Positions 49,646 to 57,329 of a DNA stretch of 64,000 nt are shown here, in pieces. The DNA is taken from the IMG/VR virus record IMGVR_UViG_3300044557_000292, positions 259,388-323,387 of that record. One strand, given 5' to 3'. The translations under genes were made by a program, and so were the position numbers. The DNA is from a virus. Taxonomy: Duplodnaviria; Heunggongvirae; Uroviricota; Caudoviricetes. Under the pieces are notes generated by a model, which made no database searches, had not been told where the DNA came from, and was given only the letters and a program-made list of their open reading frames with translations. The first letter of the stretch is position 1. The number at the start of each line of letters is the position of its first letter.

Positions 49646-49810
49646 TCAATCAACCCTAGAATCTTTATCAGGGTCTTTATCCTTCAGGGTCTTCATGAAG
49701 GCGATAGAGGAGTCAACCAGTGAGTTCATCTTACGCTCAGTAGAATTCCTAGGGTGAGCGACCCTGGTATAACCGGGAATAAGCTTCCTATCCGTTGGGT
49801 TCTTACCCAT
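49646..49810 (-). CDS. small hypothetical protein (54 aa)
   Basis: RBS GGAGG, MGKNPTDRKLIPG. Confidence 0.55.
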   Translation of the reverse strand: MGKNPTDRKLIPGYTRVAHPRNSTERKMNSLVDSSIAFMKTLKDKDPDKDSRVD

Positions 49811-49857
49811 ATCAGCCTCCAAATCCTGTGATTGTGATCCTATGTATGCTTGTTGCG

Positions 49858-49933
49858 TAGCGGGGGCGCGATTCGAACGCGCGATCTCTTGATTATGGGT
49901 CAAGCGAGGACAGCCGAGCTCCTCTACCCCGCA
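49858..49933 (-). tRNA. tRNA-Met(CAT), initiator-like acceptor, C33
   Basis: U1:U72 mismatch, CTTGA-CCCATAA-TCAAG. Confidence 0.85.
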
Positions 49934-49935
49934 AG

Positions 49936-50008
49936 TGCTTTCAACAGGACTCGAACCTGTGACCTATTCCGTGTGATGGAAGCGCGCTGCCATCTGCGCC
50001 ATGAAAGC
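49936..50008 (-). tRNA. tRNA-Val(CAC)
   Basis: Loop ATCACAC. Confidence 0.88.
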
Positions 50009-50220
50009 ATAAGTGGACGAGACTGCCTCTCCTTATGTCTTATCCATAATGCACCGTGCGTGATCATAAAACCCCCACGGGAGAGACGTGCTGACTGCTG
50101 TGGAGCATCAATGATCACAGCCTGTTATCACTGATCATCACCCCAATGGAGAACAACTCCCGTTATCTCAGGGACTGTTGCCCTCCACCAGTTACGACAA
50201 TGATCAATGGATGCTCTGCG

Positions 50221-50291
50221 AGCGGATGACGGGAATCGAACCCGCGTATCTTCCATGGGAGGGAAGCGCCTTACCATTGGGCTACATCCGC
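50221..50291 (-). tRNA. tRNA-Gly(CCC)
   Basis: U73, loop CTCCCAT. Confidence 0.92.
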
Positions 50292-50484
50292 AGCGCCAGG
50301 ATCTTACGTGTCCTGGCAGGAACACTCCAGACTCCATACTCCACCTCGAGGTCAGTATTTCCACCAGCCCCTACAGGAGTGCTGTCACGACTGCCCTCAC
50401 CGTCAACCACGTATCGGTTACAGGCTGGGGGGGGGAGTGCAGCTGCCCTAAACGTCTAGCTATAATAGAACAAACCAGACATCG

Positions 50485-50555
50485 AGGGGATGACGGGAGC
50501 CGAACCCGCGTAACCTGCTTGGAGGGCAGGCGCACTACCGTTATGCTACATCCCC
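50485..50555 (-). tRNA. tRNA-Gly(TCC), C33
   Basis: U73, loop CCTCCAA. Confidence 0.88.
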
Positions 50556-50683
50556 ATGTATCCTGAAACCATCACCGTGGCATGCTCAAGATGGACGAAG
50601 GGTGTTCAGGACTGCACACCCTCTGTTTCCTTATCCCCCTATTGCGAGGTGAAATCACGATGATGACAAAAGATTTATGTCAA

Positions 50684-51261
50684 TTATCTGTGAGGGTTAG
50701 ATCTTTCAGATTGTAATTTACGAAGGCATTCTTTGCTACAAGATTTTCTAACCTTCCTTGATGTATAAGAAAACTCACGCCCACACGCTTCACAAACGCT
50801 AACTCTACTACGTTTTTTGAGCGTATTCAATCTTCTGCATTCAAAGTAATTAACAGAAGTACGACTCACAAAACCAGTACCGTTCAATGGAACATTGCTG
50901 GATGAAGTTTACGCATCGATTCTGAAGTTTTCTGTCTAGTTTTACTACTTTGAGACCAAGTTCTCGTAAGACTATTAGGAATTTGCCCGTAGAATAATGG
51001 CTTAAGAGTTACAAACCATTTCATCTCTAGAAAATCCTTAATCCTATTGGAATTCTCGCATTGTTCAAGAATTTGAAATCTAAGAGCGTGAGGATCTCCA
51101 CCGTGTCTATTAAACCACTTTATAAATTCCTTACGATTATGATTACCAGACTTCAAACCCTTTAAGTGAGCTTTCCATCGTTCTTGAATATCCTTAGATT
51201 GACCAACGTAAAGACACGCTCCGTTGTAAGAATCAAAAATTGCGTAAATCCCACAAGCCAT
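50684..51261 (-). CDS. GIY-YIG homing endonuclease split in two frames (51261..50884 and 50887..50684)
   Basis: CGIYAI..LYVGQS..R, NUMOD3-like SSKTRQKTSES; CxxC..CS..C Zn finger in -1 frame. Confidence 0.75.
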
Positions 51262-51344
51262 TGCTTATTACCACCTTAATGTTTTAAGAAACAAACGTTA
51301 AGATATCATTAGTAATGAAAATCAATCCTCTCAAGAGGATATCG

Positions 51345-51415
51345 TACCCCATGATTGAGTTGAACAATCTTAAGATGTTTATAAGACATCCTTGCGCTAC
51401 CGGCGACAATGGGGT
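51345..51415 (-). tRNA. tRNA-Ile(TAT), weak D-arm
   Basis: ACCCCAT/ATGGGGT, GATGT-CTTATAA-ACATC, GATTG-TTCAACT-CAATC. Confidence 0.7.
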
Positions 51416-51427
51416 GAATGTCCACAA

Positions 51428-51527
51428 TATGGGTTCACCGTGATTAATCACGCCGTGAGCATGAGGACTAGGGTAAGGATAACCTAACCCTCACCTTGAC
51501 GGCAATTGGAATCACGGTGAACCCATA
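51428..51527 (-). ncRNA. candidate 100-nt rod-like RNA
   Basis: Perfect 18-bp terminal stem plus nested GCCGT/ACGGC, GTGAGG/CCTCAT, TAGG/CCTA. Confidence 0.45.
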
Positions 51528-51656
51528 ATTAATAGATATAGGAGGTTTCTCATGACTGATCAGATTCAATGCTGCCACAATGATTCCCATGCAATGGAAT
51601 CATTCCACTGATCCATCATGACCGATCCGGGGAAATGATCAAAACCCGGATCAGCG

Positions 51657-51731
51657 TAGCCATATCGGGGCTCGAACCCGAATTCTCTTCATTGAAGGTG
51701 AAGTGAGATAAACCAGTTACTCTATATGGCC
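51657..51731 (-). tRNA. tRNA-Glu(TTC), C33
   Basis: Loop CCTTCAA; 5' end overlaps stop of upstream endonuclease. Confidence 0.9.
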
Positions 51732-52861
51732 CTTCTAGTTCTCCCTAGCTTCCTAATAGGAACACCAAGAAAATTTAATCTATTCTCTACAGTAGTATGA
51801 GAAATTCCTAATTGTTCAGCAATTGCGTCCATACTCATTTCCTTTATAGAATAACATTTCTGAATTTCATCATCTAGGTTATTTGCTATTCCATATCTAC
51901 CAAGTTGAGCACAAATTCGTGAACAATATGTTTTATCTTTAACTTTTCTTCTAAAGATTGTAAAATGTTTTCCGCAATAATCACAAACATAATGGTATCC
52001 ATCTTTAGGCGTTTTGTGTATTTCTTGAAGAAGCAATCCGTGTTCTTTTAAACATCTTCTCACATGATTCCTACTGATGTGAAGTTTCTTGGCTGTGTCA
52101 TATGTACTGATTCCAGATTTATAGGTATCAATGATAATATCCTCAATACTATCAACTTCTTCATGATAACATTCATCTGCCTTTCTTGTTTTTGGATTTA
52201 TTCTATTGTCGCAAGAAACATTATTGCGTTTCAAGAATTTATCTAAAGATCCTCGACTGATATGAAGTTTTAATGATATATCGCGTATGGCAAAACCAGA
52301 CCGATAAAGTTCGTTAATAGTATTTTCAATACCATCAATTTCGTCATGATAATGCTTTTCAGCTCGTTTCTTAATTTCTTCAGCTCCAAGACTGATTTCG
52401 GGGTCCAATCTATTAGGCCAAGGAGCACAGATAGCATGATTCATAAGACATTCACCAATATTACGGCCATATTTTATCAGTAATGTTTCCATCACGTCAA
52501 GATCTGTTTTAAACCACGCATAAGCAATGAATGTTTTAATAACATCACCCTCACTATTGGAATTAATGTGCTCCTTAACATCCCTACCACTACTCTTATA
52601 ACGACGCCAACCAGGATTGCCGCTATTGTGCTTATCTTTACTATAATAATCACAAGCTAACTTGCGCTGACCTATGTATGTCTTGCCATCAGACTTGGTT
52701 GTTATCAGATAAATATAACCGTATGGAGTATCATGCGGATCATGCTCAGTCTTAATCTCGTCAGACTTCAACCTGAACATGGTTCGTAGTCGCTCTACGC
52801 GTTCATGCAATGGTAATGATTCCATACGATATATGGCACCAATTAGTATCAAGAATCGCAC
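51722..52861 (-). CDS. GIY-YIG (Seg-like) endonuclease with HTH repeats and Zn finger
   Basis: YGYIYLIT..KTYIGQR, three HTH-like repeats, CDYC..CSRIC; start uncertain. Confidence 0.85.
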   Translation of the reverse strand: MRFLILIGAIYRMESLPLHERVERLRTMFRLKSDEIKTEHDPHDTPYGYIYLITTKSDGKTYIGQRKLACDYYSKDKHNSGNPGWRRYKSSGRDVKEHINSNSEGDVIKTFIAYAWFKTDLDVMETLLIKYGRNIGECLMNHAICAPWPNRLDPEISLGAEEIKKRAEKHYHDEIDGIENTINELYRSGFAIRDISLKLHISRGSLDKFLKRNNVSCDNRINPKTRKADECYHEEVDSIEDIIIDTYKSGISTYDTAKKLHISRNHVRRCLKEHGLLLQEIHKTPKDGYHYVCDYCGKHFTIFRRKVKDKTYCSRICAQLGRYGIANNLDDEIQKCYSIKEMSMDAIAEQLGISHTTVENRLNFLGVPIRKLGRTRRAI

Positions 52862-52887
52862 AAATTATGACCCTTTAGGGTCATAAG

Positions 52888-52961
52888 CGCCCCGAACAGG
52901 ATTCGAACCTGCAACCTACTGGGTAGAAACCAGCCGCTCTGATCCATTGGGCTACCGAGGC
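52888..52961 (-). tRNA. tRNA-Arg(TCT), acceptor stem imperfect
   Basis: Loop TTTCTAC; 3' acceptor strand one base short. Confidence 0.8.
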
Positions 52962-53058
52962 ATTAGGATTGGCGTGGTCGCGGATAAGACGATTATTCCA
53001 CATTTTCATTTTTCAGATTCAGCCGATCCTCTATATAATCAACCGGCTACCAATCCAG

Positions 53059-53132
53059 TGCCCGCAGTCGGATTCGAACCGGCAACCTTCTCCTTAGGGG
53101 GGAGACGCTCTATCCAGTTGGGCTATGCGGGC
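53059..53132 (-). tRNA. tRNA-Arg(CCT), C33
   Basis: Loop CCCCTAA. Confidence 0.88.
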
Positions 53133-53309
53133 ATGATGCAGACGTGATGAACGCGATCAGGAAGAATCTTTTCCATCAGACCACCGACATGCATAAGAGT
53201 CGGGCGGGATTCGAACCCGCATCTCTTCCATTACGCGCTCACCGCGTCTGTGCTCGGGGATTCCGGAATCCCCGCTTGAAACCGCACGGTTGCAATCCAT
53301 GCGGCCAAG

Positions 53310-53392
53310 TGCCCCGAGCGGGAGTCGAACCCGCACTTCCGAGGAAAGTTCTTTTTAAGAGAACCGCGTATACCAATTCCAGCCATCGGGGC
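53310..53392 (-). tRNA. tRNA-Leu(TAA)
   Basis: V-arm present, loop CTTAAAA. Confidence 0.92.
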
Positions 53393-53492
53393 GTTGGATG
53401 AGTTTACCGACATCATTAGGTCTAAGTATAAACGCTATTCCATTATCAAGCATTTGTTCACATTCACACGGTCAACGTGGCGAACAGTATTC

Positions 53493-53521
53493 ATTATATC
53501 ACGGTGCTGCGTGCTTGACAA
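53493..53521 (-). promoter_or_regulatory. sigmaA-type promoter inside tRNA array
   Basis: TTGTCA-17 nt-TATAAT with TG extension. Confidence 0.65.
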
Positions 53522-53566
53522 CGGCGTGTCGCAATCCCCCGCTATAAGTTTTGAATAATGGTCAGA

Positions 53567-53637
53567 CGTGGAGACGGGATTCGAACCCGCGTATAATTGA
53601 ATTGCGGTCAATTGCCTAACCATTTGGCTACTCCACG
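53567..53637 (-). tRNA. tRNA-Cys(GCA), C33
   Basis: U73, loop CCGCAAT. Confidence 0.88.
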
Positions 53638-53638
53638 G

Positions 53639-53710
53639 TACGGGCAGATCGAGTTGAACGATCCTTGCTTCTGTATCAGAGAAGTGTACTCACCGATGTA
53701 CGATGCCCGC
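53639..53710 (-). tRNA. tRNA-Ile(GAT)
   Basis: CTTCT-CTGATAC-AGAAG, T-loop TTCAACT. Confidence 0.8.
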
Positions 53711-53762
53711 GTATTCTACTCATTCTGCTGTTCGCGTGTGAGCACGAGGAGCGTGCTCATCG

Positions 53763-53836
53763 TCACAACGGGAGGACTCGAACCTCCGACATCCTGATTA
53801 TGATTCAGGCGCTCTCACCAGCTGAGCTACGTTGCG
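53763..53836 (-). tRNA. tRNA-Met(CAT) elongator (or Ile2)
   Basis: C1-G72 paired, loop ATCATAA. Confidence 0.88.
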
Positions 53837-53947
53837 TTACGAGATATAGACGGTCACGGCTGAGTCTACGATCAGTAAACATCCCCGCGGGCTGTGCGGC
53901 CACATGCCAGCGCTTCCTCCTATTGAAAGTCGCGCAAGCACCCACCG

Positions 53948-54019
53948 TGGATCCAACGAGAGTCGAACTCGCCACATCCTCCGTGCGGGGGAGGATCGCC
54001 ACCATCGGCATTTGGACCC
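53948..54019 (-). tRNA. tRNA-Ala(CGC), C33
   Basis: G3-U70, loop CCCGCAC. Confidence 0.85.
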
Positions 54020-54114
54020 ATAATAATGAATGTTATAATTGTGCTCGATTCGACATGCTGGTACGATGTACTAGAACCTCGATAGGGACCATAATGCTTC
54101 CATCATGATCCTCG

Positions 54115-54188
54115 TGCGAATGGATCGGCTTGAACGATTGACATCATCCTTATCAGGAATGCGCTCTAACCATCTGAGCTACATCCGC
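54115..54188 (-). tRNA. tRNA-Ile(GAT)
   Basis: Loop CTGATAA. Confidence 0.85.
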
Positions 54189-54219
54189 GAGCCTTATAAA
54201 TAGTTGAATAAGGAGTCAA

Positions 54220-54636
54220 TCAATTTGACAAACTTTTAATCGCGTTAATCACTTCTGTGCACTCCTTAACTTGTAATGATTCCACGCCATAACGATCAGC
54301 CACATTTTCAAGACGTGCTTCAAAGCTTACAAGATCCCCGCGTGAATCAACAGACATATCAGCCTTATTAAGGAGTATTCCTAACGTAGTATTCAGACCT
54401 TCCATCGTACCATGCGCTGCTACTTCTTTCCAGTGAACATAACCTTGGGATCTTAGCAAATCACCACCAATCTTAGCGTGAGTACGATTGTCCCCAATCA
54501 TGTACCCAAGATCATGCACCCATCCTAATAATGCTGCTTCTTGAGGATCAAGCCCATATTCTGATGCATGATTAAACATGTATTCTGCTACTCCTCGTGA
54601 GTGTGAAGCCCTAGTAGAATCAATAAAACTAATCAA
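54220..54636 (-). CDS. HD-domain phosphohydrolase (AT-rich insert)
   Basis: SHS, WVHDLG, HAKIG, AAHG, KAD. Confidence 0.85.
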   Translation of the reverse strand: MISFIDSTRASHSRGVAEYMFNHASEYGLDPQEAALLGWVHDLGYMIGDNRTHAKIGGDLLRSQGYVHWKEVAAHGTMEGLNTTLGILLNKADMSVDSRGDLVSFEARLENVADRYGVESLQVKECTEVINAIKSLSN

Positions 54637-54691
54637 TAATTCTCCTTATTAATAAATTGACACTCGAACGTACAAACCCATAACTAGGGTA

Positions 54692-54730
54692 CGTGCGGGG
54701 GAGGATCGCCACCAGCGGCATTTGGACCCA
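54692..54730 (-). pseudogene. 5' half of tRNA-Ala(CGC), duplicate of 53982..54020
   Basis: 38/39 identity, ends at the anticodon loop. Confidence 0.8.
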
Positions 54731-54760
54731 GGTAATGCTAACCGTATGGCTAGCATATCG

Positions 54761-54835
54761 TGCGGATGATGTGACTTGAACACATGACCTCATTCTTATC
54801 AGGAATGCGCTGCTAACCATCTGAGCTACATCCGC
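54761..54835 (-). tRNA. tRNA-Ile(GAT)
   Basis: Loop CTGATAA; paralogue of 54115..54188. Confidence 0.88.
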
Positions 54836-54883
54836 ATGTCTCATATAATGAATGACGGGCAGCAAGCCACGCCGATGATGGTC

Positions 54884-54975
54884 AGGTTCAACCCCTCTAC
54901 GCTGGGAATACCCGCGTTGTCAGACGCTTGCCCACTGAGCGCGGAGAGGTTCAACCCCTCTACGCTGGGAATACC
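54884..54975 (-). CRISPR. repeat-spacer-repeat mini-array, type I-E-like
   Basis: Two identical 29-nt repeats (minus GGTATTCCCAGCGTAGAGGGGTTGAACCT) and a 34-nt spacer. Confidence 0.5.
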
Positions 54976-55017
54976 TCCTAGGTCATCCGGGTACAATCAT
55001 CTACTCCCCTCACCACG

Positions 55018-55090
55018 AGCCAGCACCCGGAATCGGACCGGGGACCTTCTCATTACGAGTGAGACGCTCTACCATCTGAGCTATGCGGGC
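55018..55090 (-). tRNA. tRNA-Thr(CGT)
   Basis: Loop CTCGTAA, T-loop TCCGATT. Confidence 0.85.
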
Positions 55091-55267
55091 ATACACGATT
55101 TTATCCAGATCGTGAACTGGTTGGCGCGCCCTTAGTTAGATGCCGGTCAATCACTTCCACCAATTGTTAGCATCGTTCCCGCGAACAGCACGCGGACGCC
55201 ATCCCGCGTGACACTCACCCGAGTACGGTTCGGAGGTTGGGGCTGTGGACACTCCGATGGAGAGACG

Positions 55268-55341
55268 TGTTCGCAGCTGGATTTGGACCAGCGACCGCCT
55301 CCGTGTCAGGGAGGAACGCTACCGGACTGCGCCATGCGAAC
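55268..55341 (-). tRNA. tRNA-Val(GAC)
   Basis: Loop CTGACAC, T-loop TCCAAAT. Confidence 0.85.
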
Positions 55342-55403
55342 ATATGAGACCAAGACGCCTGATCCACAGGCAATCAACGATTGCCATGGACGTGGACGCG
55401 GAG

Positions 55404-55476
55404 AGCCAACAGATGGAATCGAACCATCGACCTTCTCATTACTGGTGAGACGCTCTACCAACTGAGCTATGCAGGC
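55404..55476 (-). tRNA. tRNA-Thr(AGT), C33
   Basis: Loop CCAGTAA. Confidence 0.85.
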
Positions 55477-55583
55477 AAGATGGACGGCTTGGGTGATCCC
55501 ATTTGCCGTCACGACTCGAAGCATGAACCCGCCAGTTCATGTTTCTCATCGTGACGGCCGCACTACTAGGAATACCGTCAATG

Positions 55584-55657
55584 TGCCTCCAGCCGGGTTC
55601 GAACCGGCGGCATCTTGTTTCGAAGACAAGCGCTCTGATCCGCTGAGCTATGGAGGC
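55584..55657 (-). tRNA. tRNA-Arg(TCG)
   Basis: Loop CTTCGAA. Confidence 0.9.
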
Positions 55658-55789
55658 AAGTAGTGATTGGCGAGGCGTGCAACCATGCTGCATCTGCGGA
55701 ATCGGACCGGTGCAGGAATACGGACTCGAGCCGTTACCCTTCGCCACGGGGCAACCAGCCCCAATCCTACCACACCGGGTAGGACGCAG

Positions 55790-55862
55790 TTCTCCCAATC
55801 GGTCTCGAACCGATGACACCCTGCTTAAGAGGCAGGTGCTCTACCATCTGAGCTATAGGAGC
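55790..55862 (-). tRNA. tRNA-Lys(CTT), G1:A72 mismatch
   Basis: Loop CTCTTAA. Confidence 0.87.
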
Positions 55863-55900
55863 ATTATCTCCCAAATCATCAATCACAATGACTGGAATTG

Positions 55901-55974
55901 GGTGACTGGAGGAACTCGAATCCTCGACCTGCTGAACCACAATCAGCCGCTCTAACCATCTGAGCTACAGCCAC
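55901..55974 (-). tRNA. tRNA-His(GTG)
   Basis: C73, loop TTGTGGT; base -1 is T. Confidence 0.9.
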
Positions 55975-55976
55975 AG

Positions 55977-56049
55977 CTCCCCGTGAAGGATTCGAACCTC
56001 CAACCTCTGCATTCAGAGTGCAGCGCACGGCCAAACATGCTGACGGGGA
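55977..56049 (-). tRNA. tRNA-Gln(CTG)
   Basis: U1-A72, G73, loop CTCTGAA. Confidence 0.9.
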
Positions 56050-56090
56050 ATATTAGGACTCATTGAGATTACTATTCTCAATGCTTCCAG

Positions 56091-56161
56091 CTGCCCACCA
56101 TGGATTCGAACCATGCTTGGAGGTACCAAAAGCCTCAGTCCTGCCAATAGACGAGTGGGCA
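56091..56161 (-). tRNA. tRNA-Gln(TTG)
   Basis: U1-A72, G73, loop TTTTGGT. Confidence 0.88.
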
Positions 56162-56422
56162 ATATGAAAATCCAGCTCTTAACGGAAGCTGGAATGAAGC
56201 TCTTAATATGCGAATCCGCACTAGACTATCGTTCTCAATGATTCCTAGTTTCTAGTATCATTGCGTCCATGAGCTACCGACGTCCAAGTGAATGGCGGTC
56301 AAGCACATGCGAGTACAGTGATCTCTATGATCACAAATGATGCTCACATTGGATTAACGCTTAACCAGATCCGCTGCAGTCCAGTTCGAGAGGCGGGCGT
56401 GGTGCGCACGCAAGCCGCCAAG

Positions 56423-56495
56423 TGCTCTCAGTGGGATTCGAACCCGCAGCCTCCTGTTCCGTAGACAGACGCTCTATCCGTTGAGCTATGAGAGC
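56423..56495 (-). tRNA. tRNA-Arg(ACG)
   Basis: Loop CTACGGA. Confidence 0.92.
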
Positions 56496-56528
56496 AAAAT
56501 AACAAAAACGACTCTAAAAGCCATTTCG

Positions 56529-56600
56529 TGCCCCATGGGAATTCTGCCATCCCGACCCGATGCTTAAAAGGCACCTGTTCTCCTTCTGAACTAATGAGGC
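56529..56600 (-). tRNA. tRNA-Lys(TTT), non-canonical T-arm
   Basis: Loop CTTTTAA; T-arm GGGATGGCAGAATTCCC. Confidence 0.75.
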
Positions 56601-56827
56601 AAATATAAGATTTGATGGAAGCATAGCCTGGTCATGGCTCCAATCCATGTTACCATCCCGTCACCATGATTACGATTGCTAGCATTACCGTCATCATGAT
56701 GGCTGCGAGTCACGTTCTATACGCTCATGGTCCGGAGTCTAACCGGATCCCATTGGAGACCTGCACTCCACTCTCGCACAGCTACGAGCCGCCCATCCTA
56801 TCCTCATAAGAGGTAAGGATCGCATCG

Positions 56828-56899
56828 TACGCCCGCCGGAACTTGAATCCGGTCCAGCGGTTTTGGAGACCATTATGCTTCCAATCACACTACAGACGA
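56828..56899 (-). tRNA. tRNA-Trp(CCA), degenerate stems
   Basis: Loop CTCCAAA. Confidence 0.75.
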
Positions 56900-56901
56900 C
56901 G

Positions 56902-56975
56902 TGCCCTCCACGGGATTCGAACCCGCACTGAACAGCTCCTAAGGCTGTTGCCTCTGCCAGTTGGGCTAAGAGGGC
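56902..56975 (-). tRNA. tRNA-Leu(TAG), short variable loop
   Basis: Loop CTTAGGA, 74 nt. Confidence 0.9.
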
Positions 56976-57174
56976 TTGAATGCGCAATAAATGGTGGGTT
57001 TATTGTCATCACCGGGACATTGACGCCACGCGTTCATCCAGAGCATTCGCTGGGGACAACCGGTCAGGCTTGGTGTTACGATTCTATCGTAACACACAAC
57101 TGCGAATCGTGATGATTGGCGTGTCTTAAGTGTGAGCAGGTGAGCCCCATCTGAGGGGATGATGCTCAAGCGCG

Positions 57175-57247
57175 TGGAACCGGGGGGAGTCGAACCCTCT
57201 ACCTCTTCCGTGCTGGGGAAGCGCTCTACCAGTTGAGCTACGGTCCC
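57175..57247 (-). tRNA. tRNA-Ala(AGC), C33
   Basis: G3-U70, loop CCAGCAC. Confidence 0.88.
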
Positions 57248-57248
57248 G

Positions 57249-57320
57249 CACGTCGGCAAGGAATCGAACCCTGATCGGGAGGTTTGGAAGCTCCTGTCCT
57301 TCCAGTTGGACGACCGACGC
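57249..57320 (-). tRNA. tRNA-Trp(CCA)
   Basis: G73, loop TTCCAAA. Confidence 0.87.
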
Positions 57321-57329
57321 ATGATGCGG

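Noticed and set aside
55709-55789. His-like tRNA remnant
   Set aside because: Only a partial T-arm; no consistent acceptor or anticodon stem
53196-56290. Split tRNA joining the 3' half at 53196 with 5'-half-like GACGTCGGTAGCTCA near 56270
   Set aside because: Acceptor pairing needs a bulge and there is no matching CTTCC anticodon strand
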